DNA of 64,000 nucleotides from the human T2T-CHM13v2.0 reference genome, Homo sapiens. Made by a program: the position numbers and the translations under genes. Positions 30,210 through 43,159 of the stretch are shown piece after piece (the stretch's first letter is position 1; the number at the start of each line of letters is the position of its first letter). Under the pieces are notes generated by a model that worked only from the letters and a program-made list of their open reading frames with translations, had not been told where the DNA came from and did no database searches. The DNA lies in assembly GCF_009914755.1 (NCBI RefSeq), contig NC_060929.1, one strand, 5' to 3'.

Positions 30210-30670
30210 CAGTGGACGTGCTGATAAATGTTTACCGGTGCTCTCTTTAAAAAAAAAAAAAAAGCCATGTTTTGTTGCATGTCCTGTGTCTTATTTCTGA
30301 TGTCCTGTGTCTTATTTCTGTGGTGTACGTGTTCTCACCATGCCATGGCTGATTTCAAGTTACCAATGTGATGTCACTGACTGGAGCTGGGAAGGGCAGC
30401 ACAGGACCTGACATCATGTGGGATTTCTACCACCCAGACACAACAGAGCCAACCTCACAGATCACAGTCAGTGCACAGATAGAGCACAGATCGTGGTCAA
30501 ATGTAGTAATTAGGGATGCATTTTGAATATTTATTGTCCTTGTTTTTAACATAATTTGCAAATTTACATAATTATAATGGCTGTGTTTGACAACTGGCTT
30601 GCAACAAAATTCTTGAAAATTGAATAATTGGCCCACCTGGGCTGGGATGAGCCAGCTGGATCACACCGTT
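30210..30670 (-). mobile_element. MER63-like hAT DNA transposon remnant
   Basis: Starts CAGTGGACGTGCTGATAAATGTTTA, has internal CCATGGCTGATTTCAAGTTACCAATGTGATGTCACTGA, ends GAGCCAGCTGGATCACACCGTTG. Resembles the recalled MER63 consensus. Confidence 0.7.
30530..30535 (-). terminator. PFDN1: PFDN1 distal polyadenylation signal
   Basis: TTTATT on +, which is AATAAA on -, about 880 nt after the stop. Confidence 0.6.
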
Positions 30671-31093
30671 GCCCCCTCAGCCTCTAGGAGGCCTCAGGAT
30701 TATGGCGTCCATCTTATGATATTGGCCAAAAGGAGACAGTCTTGGAGGTGCTGCTTACTGTTGAACTTCCTTTTGGAATGTATGGGAGAAGGCAGGGAAA
30801 GGAATCTTTAGGCAGACTGCCATCCAGGGACTGCTATTCTGTTCACTGAGATTCAGCTGTGAACATCTGTTCTTTCTTCCTCTTCTGTCTACTGCATGCA
30901 GGCCCGGAAGCTGAGCGTTAGTCAAAGGTACAGGAAGGGAAAAGAGAAGAGGGCAAGGCCCATCCCCCAAGAAAGGAAGGGCTCTGATGCAGAGGGAGCA
31001 GGAGCTGAGGTGGAGACGGCCACTGCCTCTCTCACCCTCTGTTCCATCCCTCTGCTCAAGAAAACCAGGCTTAGCAGAGTGAGACAGACGCTT

Positions 31094-31099
31094 TTTATT
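31094..31099 (-). terminator. PFDN1: PFDN1 proximal polyadenylation signal
   Basis: TTTATT on +, which is AATAAA on -, about 320 nt after the stop. Confidence 0.6.
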
Positions 31100-31416
31100 G
31101 GTCTGGCTGGCGTGCCTAGTGGAAAGCTCAGGCAGAGCTTCCTATCTTGCCCTGGCTCCCATCTTCCCTCTCCTGGGAGTTCATCACACATCCCGAGAGG
31201 GAAGAGTGTCCTGGGCAGAGGTGGCAGGCAAAGCCGGGTAAAAACTCCAGGGCTGGGAAGCAAATGGGGCTCAGGGTGATGCAGAAAATGTGATGTTGCC
31301 AGGCCATCCAAATAAAGCATCCATCGGGGCAGAGGAGAAGCTGTTTCCCTGCAGACACTCCTCTGCCCCCACCAGGAATGGGAGGGGCAGGAGGAAGAGC
31401 TTCCCAGAGAGGCTCC

Positions 31417-31500
31417 CTACTGGGCCCTTCGTGCCATCAGCATCTCCCGGATGTTGTCCTCAGCTTCCTTAACGCTTCGCTCCAGGTAGGACTTTTTCTG
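31417..31500 (-). CDS. PFDN1: Prefoldin subunit 1, terminal coding exon
   Basis: Minus strand has a CTAAC branch motif (31525-29), pyrimidine tract and CAG acceptor (31501-03), then QKKSYLERSVKEAEDNIREMLMARRAQ-TAG. Matches the recalled PFDN1 C-terminus. Confidence 0.96.
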   Translation of the reverse strand, partial: QKKSYLERSVKEAEDNIREMLMARRAQ

Positions 31501-32584
31501 CTGCAATATGAGAGACAGACAAAGGTTAGGACCAGAGTGAATGGGCCGGGCTGGAAGACACAGCTTTGATGTCCAATGGTTATGGCTTTTCCTTTGTGAC
31601 AGGCAACTTTCAGGAGTATACTGCAAGCCAGGTACACACACCTGCCCACAGTGCTCCCCTCACCTCCGAACCATGGGTGATCACGGGCAGGCAGCAGGGA
31701 GAAGATGGCTTTGGTAGAAGCAAAAGTGCTCTGTGGAGGACAGGCAGTAGCACTCTTCCCCCAGAAGGAAGAAGACTCTAAAAAACAGGCGTCTCAGTAC
31801 ATGAAGTTATCCCAGACAGACAAAGGCCAGGAAATTCCAGGACAAAGCTCCTGTCCGTAACAGACTATCTCCTCTCAAGGTTTTCCATGGCCTGGGCCAG
31901 GCGTCTGTAGCCACTGCAGCTATAAAATGGATGGTGCACGCTCTGCCCTGTCCAGCAGGAATATGGGCTGCTGTGAGGGCTGTGGGGCTGTCTCGCATCG
32001 CACTGAGTGGGTGAGTCAGAAGGCAATCTGCTTTTCTAATGAGACTGCTGCCTGCCAGGAATCTGGGACACTAAAACACTGAGGAAAGCAGACCTTTTGG
32101 AGGCTTACCTTCTACTCCATCTGGGTCCTAAATTAAAAATCTCGGCTTAGACAAAGAACTTTCACTACTTTCAGGAGCCAAGATTTCAAAGATTAGTCAA
32201 AGGAAATGATGTCTGTACATTATTTGCCCTGTGCTCACCCCAGAAGTATGGTGGTTTTACCAGTGGTCCTTGCCCCGAGGACATAGTTGTGGCTGTATTC
32301 CCAGTTAACAGACATGAAATGAAGCCTCCGTTTTAGAGGAATACTATTCATGTCCTGAGGGAATACTCAAAATTATCACCTCCCAGGGCATATGTGACTG
32401 AGCCACACTGGAACCAGTAATACAGTCACCAGGCAGCCCAGGCCCTTCTCTCACCTCCACCCCCTTCACCCAAGCACCTGTTGATTCTGTTCCACCCATT
32501 AAAGTGCCCACAGGACTCAGGGAAGCAGGGAGAGTTTAGGGCAGAGGACAAGTGAGCTCTCTGTCCAATTAATTAGTTGTTTGT

Positions 32585-32881
32585 ATGTTTTATTTATTTT
32601 TGAGACAAGGTCTCAGCTCAGAGTGCAATGGTGCAATCACGGTTCACTGTAGCCTCTACCTCCCACCTCAGCCCAAGTAGCTGGGACTCTAGGTGCACTG
32701 GGACTATAGATGTGTACCACCATGCCCGGCTAATTTTTTTTTTTTTTTTGTAGAAATGAGAAACTTCAATTTTTTATTTTTTGTATTGCCCAGGCTGATC
32801 TCAAACTCCTGGACCCAAGCGATCCTCCCTCCTCGGTCTCCCAAAGTGCTGGCATTACAGGCGTGAGCCACCGCGCTTAGC
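32585..32881 (-). mobile_element. AluJ-like, degenerate
   Basis: Antisense Alu with internal indels. Confidence 0.85.
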
Positions 32882-33099
32882 TATTTATTAAATGATACAT
32901 ATAGAGGCTTTTTCCTACAGAAGCCAAATGTGGCATACACAAATCTTTATCAGTTCTTCCGTGAACCTCTGATTCCTGTCTGTCCTCTCCTTGCTTCAAA
33001 TTTCCTTAAGGCTAGAAAGAACCCTCTTTACTCATCTCCCATCTGTCCTAAGTTGCAGAGAATTCCTTGGAACACAACAGGAGCTCCATAAAAACTCAT

Positions 33100-33368
33100 G
33101 GCCAGACACAGTGGCTCATGCCTATAATCCCAACACTTTGGGAGGCCAAGGCGGGCAGATCACCTGAGGCCAGGAGTTTAAGACCAGCCTGGCCAACATG
33201 GCAAAACCCTGTCTCTACAAAAAAATTAGACAGGTGTGGTGGGGGCACCTGTAATCCCAGCTACTTAGGGGCTGAGGCAGGAGAATCACTTGAACCCAGG
33301 AGGCGGAGGCTGCAGTGAGCCAAGGCCATGCCATCGCACTCCAGCCTGGGCAACAAGAGCAAAACTCC
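33100..33368 (+). mobile_element. AluS lacking its A-tail
   Basis: Ends GCAAAACTCC directly into the TSD-like AACTCATG. Confidence 0.88.
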
Positions 33369-33494
33369 AACTCATGGTGACCATGATAACCATTCAATCC
33401 AATGCCTGCAAATGCATACTGCTGCTAAGGAATTTTAATTACATTGCTAAACCAAATACAGTCCTATCACTGTGATATCAGAGTGGGAATTTAA

Positions 33495-33809
<315 letters not shown>

Positions 33810-34289
33810 GATAAACAACTCTTAGACTTTAACTGTGGTGAGCTGAAAAAAGGCAAATACTAGTAAGCCCTGACACACACTAAAGAATGTATGTCCACTG
33901 GGTGTCACAAAGAGGGGAGCAATAGCTCGGTGCCATACACCACCTGGGCACCCTGTGGACCCCATGTGAATGCAGGGGAAAGGCGAATGGAATAAGCCCA
34001 CTTCTCCTCCTACAAAAGTCAGCCAGGGCCCAGGGACTCTGGTCTGTTGCATTCAATCTCTGCCAACTTGCTGCCACAGCTGGCAAAACCATCAACTTGG
34101 AACATCAGCAAGAGCTCTTCTGCCCTCCCACCCAGACTCCCCAGCCAAACTCAGGCTATACCTCTCAGCTTTAAAAATTCCTTCTTCTGTAAAATCTCTG
34201 CTTTCTAACACTTTGATGAATTTTACCACTGCATATCCTAAAGTCTTCAGGTTTCCAAACAATGATGCAAATTAACATATCTATCTATA

Positions 34290-34400
34290 TTTTTGTTTTG
34301 TTTCTAGAAATGGGGTCTTGTTATATTGCCCAGGCTGGCCTCAAACTCCTGGGCTCCAGCAATCCTCTTGCCTTAGAGGCATGTGCCACGATACTGCCTT
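34290..34400 (-). mobile_element. Alu monomer (FLAM-like) fragment
   Basis: GGGGTCTTGTTATATTGCCCAGGCTGGCCTCAAACTCCTGGGCTC. Confidence 0.75.
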
Positions 34401-34588
34401 CATCTTTAAATTTTTAATTAGTTTAAATAAACGTAGTAGACATTTCTTAAAAGAAAAAATTCCAACAGGACAGGACATCCCTAACATAGTGGACCTTTCT
34501 AACTGTATTTCAATAATTCCTGTCTCAGTCCCCAAGCATATTTAAGCCCAGAAGACTCTCATCATAATCAAACCCAGAACAAGGCACC

Positions 34589-34750
34589 TGTTGTGGGTTG
34601 AACTGAATTTGACAAAAAGATATGCTGAAGTTCTAATCTCTGGTAATTTGGAAAGAGGATCTTTGCAGATGTAACTAAGTTAAGATGAGATCATATTATA
34701 TTAGGGTGGGCCCTGAATCCAATCATTAGTGTCCAAACAAGATGCTGTGA
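34589..34750. mobile_element. MLT1-type MaLR LTR fragment
   Basis: TGTTGTGGGTTGAA...TTTGGAAAGAGGATCTTTGCAGATGTAACTAAGTTAAGATGAG. Confidence 0.7.
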
Positions 34751-34992
34751 AGACCAATTCGTGGTAGCTTCAAATACAAGTAGAAAACCAAGTAGAAAAC
34801 CAACACAATACCTGAAATGAGGGATGCCCCCAGACACCAATTCTACCACAATTATTTGGGGATAAGTATGATCCTAGCTTATAAAGTTTTAAGGGCAGTT
34901 ACCCAGGCCTCTGCAATTCAGTATGGTCAGAGGCGTGGCAGGATTGGTCCTGTGAGTGCAGAAGAACCTTGGGAGGCCTCTGTCTCCACGGG

Positions 34993-35625
34993 TGTCTTAG
35001 TCTGTTTGTGTTGCTCTAAAGGAATACCTGAGGCTGGGTAATTTATGAAGAAAAGAGGTTTGTTTGGCCCACAGGTCTGCAGGCTATACAAGCATGGTGC
35101 AGCATCTGCTTCTGGAGAGGGTTTCTGGCTGCTTGCATTCGTGGTGGAAGGCGAAGGGGAGCCACCTGTACAGAAATCATGTGGCCAGAGAGGAAATGAG
35201 AGAGGAGGTGCCAGGCTCTTTTCAACAGCCAGTCAGTGAAGAAACAAAGCATGAGAACTCACTCCCATGAGAATGGTACCAAGCCATACACAAGAAACCC
35301 GCCCCCACAATCCAAACATCTCCCACCAGGCCCCACCTTCAACACTGGGGATCAAATTTTTTTGCGGGGGTTGGGGGGGTCTGGGGGTACCAAATTTCAA
35401 CATGAGACCTGCCAGGGGGCAAAGAAACCCTATGCACACCACAGCAGGGGCATCCTTCATTTCCAGTGCGGTGCTGTGCTCTTGGGTAAGGGCACTAACC
35501 CCATTTAAAGGGCTCTGCCCTCATGACCTACTCATCTCCCAAATGGCCACACCTCCTAACACCATCATCTCAGGAGTTAGGATTTCAACAAAGACTTTAG
35601 GGAGAAACAACTATTCACACCACAG
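34993..35625. mobile_element. MST-type MaLR LTR plus adjacent MaLR fragment
   Basis: TGTCTTAGTCTGTTTGTGTTGCT...GGCTGGGTAATTTATGAAGAAAAGAGG...CACCTTCAACACTGGGGATCAAATTT. Confidence 0.8.
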
Positions 35626-35639
35626 TACTTTTCAACTTC

Positions 35640-36105
35640 CAAGAAGCCATGCATGCATGGTCTTGGTTTCAGCTAAATCTCCGACCTCACCTCCAACAAC
35701 TCTTCCCCGTCACTCCTTCAGCTCCAGTCACACAGGCCTCCCATGCTGCTCCTCCAATCCACCAGGTATGTTCCTGCCTGGCCTTTGCCCTTCGCTGTGC
35801 TCTCCATGTAGAAGTTCTCTTCCCCAGATATTCACATTACTCATCCCCTCACTTCCTTCAGGGCTTTCTCAAATGTTACCTTATCTGCGAGGCCTTCTTG
35901 AGTACATGCTGCCCAATACTCCCTATTCTCCTCACCTTGACTCTTCTCCAGAGCTCTTTCCACCACAGGAAGGAGAAACTGTCTGGCTTCCCTTATGAGA
36001 CGGAAAGGTCCACAAGGGCAGGACTTTGTTCTGTCACCTGATACGGTCCTACCGTCTAGAAGAATGGCTGGCACATAATAGGAATTTAATGTTTGTTGAA
36101 TAAAG
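35640..36105 (+). mobile_element. L2 3' end
   Basis: Ends TGGCACATAATAGG...TTAATGTTTGTTGAATAAA. Confidence 0.75.
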
Positions 36106-36379
36106 TGCTTTAGTGTGGGAAATGACGCCTTACTGATGTACACACACTTTTTAGTTTTCCCTCCCAACTTGAATAATCAAGGAACGCCCAACAGAAGAAG
36201 CAAAGGCAGAAAATGACCATTTTCCTTCAAGGTGGTTTTCAGCTTTCGGCATTGCCCTCTCACCCCCTGCCCCTGGATATACACAGATTTAAAACTCCAA
36301 CCTATCACTACAAACAATGTCAAGTATTTGAGGTAATGAATATGTTAACTAGCTTGATTTAATTATTCTACATTATATT

Positions 36380-36691
<312 letters not shown>

Positions 36692-39261
36692 TAAATCATA
36701 ATACTTTTACCCCATAAATTTATACAATTATGAATTACTGATTTATAATAAAATAAATAAATAATAAAACTCAAACGTTACAGATCCCAGTGGGGGCTTT
36801 GGATCTGGCCTTGCTTCCACAAACAGAACACGCCCTAACAGGCCTTAATGCTTTATCAGGTCAACTTGCAAAACTAAAAAACAAACCACCCCAATTTCCC
36901 ATGTCCTGGACTCTGAAATCCTTGAGGAACTGCTCTATCCGATGTCAGCCTCAGGGCTGCTAGGAGTGACATTTGAAATCCACACTTACTACCAGCAGTC
37001 CTGGGAGGGCATCTGCTGATCTCACTGTAGCATCTTTCTGTCTTGCCGAGCAATTTCCCTCAGAATGCTTTCACAAGGGAAGTCTCTAGTGGCATCAAAC
37101 CACAAAGCTCTGGGTGCAGCGACATTCTTGTGGGCCCTTGCCGTGATGACAAACTCTGAGATTTCCTGTGGGGCTCAGCATGGCCAGGGAAATGACATTG
37201 TTGGAGTTATTGCTCATCGGCCTGAGGTTCTTTTTTCCAGGAGTCAGACTGAGGGGCTGGTGTTTCATTCTCATCCTCTTACCAAGGAAAGAGGCTCCAG
37301 TCCCTAGAACTTTTCTGACATGACACAATCTCTCAAATAGACTCCTGAGGTAATACATCTTGTGACGCTATCACTACAGACTTTTTTCTTTTCTTAGGAA
37401 CTTTGTCTCCAGCTCTCCTTCTCTAAATTAGTTTTTTTTTTCTTTCTTTCTTTCTTTCTTTCCTGTTTATCCTGCCTTGGGGTATTGAAAAGAGTTTTCT
37501 CCTCTCTGTCCCTCTATTTTCCCATTTGTAAGATGAGGATTTGGGCAATACCAGTGCATCCCTCCACCCCCACCCCACTCCCATTTCTACTTTAGCCACA
37601 CGACACTTTCTTCACATGAACTCTTGCCTTAAAGACTAAACAAACAAAACAGGTTAAATGGAGCTCAGAGGAGAGGGGAGACATACTATGGATGTATACG
37701 GATATGTACTTTTATCTGAATAAAAATAGCCCTGCTGGCTCATCTCCTGCCCTCCAATCCAGGCATCGGAGGCAACACACAAGGCAGACTTAGGTTCCCT
37801 TCTGTTCCTGATATTCTGTGAGAGCTAAGTCCTCAGAGACCCTCTGCTGGGAGTCACGGTTTCTGACCCTGAGTGTGACCTGCCTTGGTCACATACTTCT
37901 CTCTTGTGTAAAATCCACAGCTTCCAGCTCCTGGACACCACCACCAACTTCAAGCTCTACTATTAATCAAAAAAACTGAAGGCAATGGCCATCTTTTCGC
38001 TGTCTCTACCATGACTTCCAAATTAAAAACCCAAAGCCTCACTAATTCTCGTGTTCGCTCACTGGCAGATCTGTAAAATGGTCAGAGGGTACCAACTGCC
38101 CACAATGGGGATGTTTGGCAAGAGGCCAAGAACTCACTGAGGGCTGAAGAAGCATGTTTTGATGGGGGACAAGGTTGGTAGAAGGCAGGGGAAACAAGAC
38201 AAAAACAGAAAAAAAGGCAACAAGAGGACACAATCAGAGAAGGCAGGATGGAAAATGGGACAGCATGGCCACGGCTGCAGCAGGCAGGGGCAGGGCAGAG
38301 CCCTGAGGGCACATGTGCCCTGAGCCGCCAGCCTGGATGGGTGAGGAGGGCCAACAGAGGCAGGCAAAACCCCACACCTGAGAGACAGGTCTAAGCGGTC
38401 CACGGATATGCCCACTTGTAAACTCATCTGGGTGCATCCACTTCACCAGAGGACACAGCTAGGCGATATGGTAACCACTGAGCTACACCGCTGGGAGACA
38501 AATCAAAGAAAGATAAAGCAATCTTAGGCATGGAGCAGGAGAATAAAGAGAAATCTCGGAAGGAGTTACTGTCCCTGCATCTTCTAGATACTACTTTAGA
38601 AATATCCTTCAGAAAAGAAAGACAGAAAAGACCCTTCAGAGGTCTTTCTGCTGAAGGACAGGGACAAAAGACTTGCTTCAGCTAAGCGCTGACCTGTTTT
38701 CCTCCCAGGTGTGCTTTTACCTGCCGACAGACTGACACTGCTACCATATGGGGTCAGACTCCCAAACCCCACCTATGATCACATGCTGGCTAGCACCCCC
38801 AATTCAGTCTGCCAAGACGAACCCGAACCCCTACACCACTCAAGCACTTTACAGCAGATATACACGAGGGGAAAAAATTCTTCTTCAAACAACAGTGTTT
38901 AGCCGCTCGGTCCCCCTGAGGTTTAGGTGAGTTCTACCTACTGCTGCCCTCCCTAACACATCAGCTTCATGTGAGTCCCAGAGAAAGCCCAGCCTACCAG
39001 ATAACCTGGGAATGACCAGATAGAAAGCTCAGAGTGAAGCACAGAGCCAGGAGCGGCAACTGTCCTAATGCAATATGGTGCTGATCAAGCCTCAGCCAAA
39101 GAATCACTACCATCTGCAGGCACCAGGTGTAAAAGGGATGATGACAAGCCAGCAAATCACGTCAAGTGATGGGGTCAAGCGATGGGCAGCTGAAGTCGGT
39201 GGGGACTTTTGGTTCAGAGAAGATTAAGGGAAGAAGGAATCTATCACTACCTTAACTATAG

Positions 39262-39447
39262 AAAGCAATGGCTCTCCAAGTGCAGTCCTCTCCCAGCAGC
39301 ATCGGGATCACCTGCGAACTTATTAGAAGGGCATATTCTTATGCCTCGACCCAGACCAACTGAACCAGAAACCCTGGGGATGGACTACAGCAATCTGTGT
39401 TTTCACAATCCCTCCCGGGTGGCTGTGACCCACACTGAAGTTTGAGA
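39262..39447. mobile_element. MER5A-like DNA transposon
   Basis: CAATGGCTCTCCAAGTG...CAGACCAACTGAACCAGAAACCCTGGG...CAATCTGTGTTTT...AAGTTTGAGA. Confidence 0.75.
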
Positions 39448-39468
39448 CTCAAACTTTTTGTTCTAAAT

Positions 39469-39700
39469 CAGGAGTCAGCAAACTTTTTCTATAAAGGGCC
39501 AGATAATAAATATTTCAGGCTTTCACTGTGGGGTTATCTCTGTTACAACTACTCAGCTCTGCCATTGTAGCACAAAAGCAGTCAGACAATGTGTAAACAA
39601 ATGGGTGTGGTGCAGATGAATGGGCACGGCTATGTTTCGAAAGCACAGAAACAGGCAGTGGGCTGGACGGGGCAGGCGGTGGTTTGCCAGTGTCTGTTCC
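39469..39700. mobile_element. MER58A-like DNA transposon
   Basis: CAGGAGTCAGCAAACTTTTTCTATAAAGGGCCAGATAATAAATATTT. Confidence 0.8.
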
Positions 39701-40771
39701 TTAAAAAGATGGGGCTTTAAAGGGTAGGACTGAGTCCAGCAGTTAGAGATTTTTAACTTTCACTGAAAGCTGCCTAATAAAAGCCTACATTTCCATCTGT
39801 CCATCCTTCCATCCACTCATTCAGCTCACTGCCAAACCATTTCCCCTCCTTTATCCTTCATAAACCCTGGTCCTTGAAGTTCATGGCATCATGCTTAGCC
39901 ACCGGACTCCCCCCTCCTTGTTGCTTCAATCTTCCAGTATCCTGGGCACTATCCGTCATCATCAGTGGCTCCCTGTCTCCCTCTCCACCACAGCTGTACC
40001 ATTCAAGGTGACTTCAACAAGAATGTAGATGACCCACCCAATACCACAGCCTCCTCTCTCCTCACAATTTTACAGTTATCCCACCTCAGCCACCTGGTCC
40101 ATGGTCATGCCCTAGGTCTTGTCAACACTAGAAGCTGCACACCTCTGAAGTGTCCATTTCACCACCACTACCTCATATTCTTCCAGGTCACTTCTGATAC
40201 TCTCGCTCCAGCATTTCTTCAACCTCGTCACGCAACAACTTGTTCATTTTCCATTATGCTTCCATGGGCTTTTCCCTTCCTACCCAGCTTTGCTTATATA
40301 GTCCATCATTTATATTTATTCTCCTTATATTTACCCTTTCACCTATGTCCCTCTCTCCCTCTGTTGCACTTACCTGGGAAAATGCCAACCCAGATTAAAC
40401 TCAACCATCTACCCACTCCATGCCTCACCTGAGTGGCTGAATGTTGCTGGAGGAAAATGCTAAACTGTGCTGAATGGTCTCACTTTAAATTCAGAGCCAT
40501 GAATCCCAAATGGGCACTATGGAAATTCTATTAAACCTCCTTTATATGTTCATTGTCTGCTCTCCAAAATAACTATTTCATGCTTTGTCTTGTCTCCTCA
40601 AATCGCCTATTCTCCCTCCTCTCAGCTGAGAAAATAAATCTCATAAGAACTCTATCTTCCCTCTACCAAATCTACTAATCGACCTACACCTGTATGTATA
40701 GTCTCTTCTTTCTCTACTGTTAAAATTGATAGCATCCCTGTACTGTGTTTTTAAAGGAATCAAAATACAAC

Positions 40772-41104
40772 CCTGCACTTTGGAAGGCTGAGGTGGGAGG
40801 ATCACTTGAGGGAAGGAGTTTGAGACCAGCTGGCCCTTGGGCTGTAATTTACAGAACCCTGGCCGAGAATATCACCCACCTATTAGTGAGACCCTATCTC
40901 TACAGCGAGACCCCCATCTCTACAAAAATAAAAAAATCAGCTGGGCATGGTGGTGCATGTCTGTAGCCCCAGCTACTCAGAAGGCTAAGGCAGGAGGATC
41001 ACTTGAGTCCAGGAGGTTGAGACTGCATGCAGTGAGCCGTGATCATGCCACTGCACTCAAGCCTGGGTGACAGAGCAAGGCCCTGTCTCAAAACAAAACA
41101 AAAA
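40772..41104 (+). mobile_element. AluJ-like with internal foreign insertion
   Basis: Alu arms with about 60-70 nt of non-Alu sequence at about 40831-40900. Confidence 0.8.
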
Positions 41105-41679
41105 CACACACACAACCCTTCCACTTAGACAATGATTTCATCCCCACATACCTTCTCAGAAACTTCACTCTTACCATTAACCTTCCTTTCTTCTTAATCT
41201 TCTATTTCTTACTCTGCAAGATCCTTCTTGGTGAGGCAAACCATTAAAAAACCCTTTCTTTACCTCTCAGTCCCCTGAAAGTACTGCCTTTTTTCTGCAA
41301 AACTTCTTGAATCGGTTTTCTAAGGCAGCTGCCTCCCCTGTCTTCCCTCCTATCTGCTCCTCAGACCTCTCCAATCACACTTCTACCTCCTCTAATGAAT
41401 TGGCTGTGATTCAAGTCCAATGATCTCTATGGGTGCTTCTCTGTCATCTTACTCAACCTCTCAACAGTGTTCAACACAGTTCTTGGAACACTTTCTCCTT
41501 CTAGCTTTCATGACACCACACTTCTATTCTCCTCCGACATAACTGGCTACTCTTTCTAAGTTCTCCTTTGCTGACTACCCCTCCTCTGCTCAGCTTCCGA
41601 ATGCTGCACTTCCCAAGAAGCTGTCCTGGAACTCCTCCTCTTCTCCCCATCTGCACTCCCTCTTAGAAACTCTCATCTC

Positions 41680-41850
41680 GGCCAGGTGTGGTGGCTCACA
41701 CCTGTAATCTCAGCACTTTGGGAAGCTGAGGCATGAGAATCGCTTGAACCCAGGAGGCAGATGTTGCAGTGAGCTGAGATCAAGCCACTGTACTCCAGCG
41801 TGGGTGACAGAGCAAGCCTCCATCTCAAACAACAACAACAACAACAAAAC
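41680..41850 (+). mobile_element. Alu monomer/recombined Alu with (CAA)n tail
   Basis: Left-arm start fused to right-arm end. Confidence 0.85.
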
Positions 41851-42105
41851 CAATACTCTCATCTCATAGCTTTAAACATTATATGACTCCTAATTTGTAT
41901 CTCCAACCCTATATCCCCTTAATTCCAGATTTAACATATCCAATTATTTATAAAACATATCCTCTTTGATGTCAAACCCAGACTTTAACATGTTTAAAAC
42001 AAACACAACTGATTTATGGTCACCCCCACCCCTACCCCTCCCTGACTTCCCCATCTCAGTGAATGGCACTCATCCAACTGCTCAATGTAAAAAACAAAAA
42101 ATGAC

Positions 42106-42136
<31 letters not shown>

Positions 42137-42387
42137 TGTTTTTCAAGAATGACCCTACATGGCACATCCCTGATTTTTTTCTTTTCCTCAATCCCCACAC
42201 CTTCCATCCAATCCATCGGCAAATCTTATTAGCTTACTTCCAAATATATTCCCAAACTCTACTCTTCTTTCTATCTAGCACCACTGCCCTCGTCCTAGTC
42301 CAAGCCTCCATCATCTCTTGCCTGGAGGTGTGTCGTGGACACTCTCACACTGAATCAAGTTAGCCTCTGCTCAAAAAACCTCTAATG

Positions 42388-42693
<306 letters not shown>

Positions 42694-43159
42694 CTAATGG
42701 TTTCACCTCACACTTAGAAAACAAGCCAGACTCTTTAACCAAGGTGCTCAGGCTCCACATGGCCTCACTCCTGCCAACCCCTCCACTTCATTACTACTCT
42801 GTCCCCCTTTCACTTGCTTAAACAGCTCCAGCAGACTTATTTCTGTCTTAAGACAGGAATATCTCTCTGTGTAATATTTCTCTGTGACCTCCACCTGGAA
42901 TGTTCTTCCTTGAGATACTTTTAGGTGGCTGTCTGCTTCTTTTCATTCACATCTTAGCTGAAATTTCACTTTTTCAGAAAGCCCTTCCCCAATTATTCAA
43001 CTAAAGAAGGTCTCCAGTAACTCTCTAAAACATCACCCTTACTACATGATGGTTTCTTGTTTATTTCTTTATTGTCTGTATCTCAGTGTAAGCTCCAAAG
43101 AGTAGGGATCATGTCTGATTTGATTAATGCTATAACCCTAGCACCAAGAACTGGCACAT

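Larger units (their letters stand above)
30510..31416 (-). other. PFDN1: PFDN1 3' UTR (long form; end approximate)
   Basis: Sequence downstream of the TAG, containing two minus-strand AATAAA signals. Confidence 0.65.

Noticed and set aside
35267-35998. 243-aa ORF
   Set aside because: It lies across MaLR LTR and L2 remnants and has a low-complexity Pro/Ser/Leu composition.
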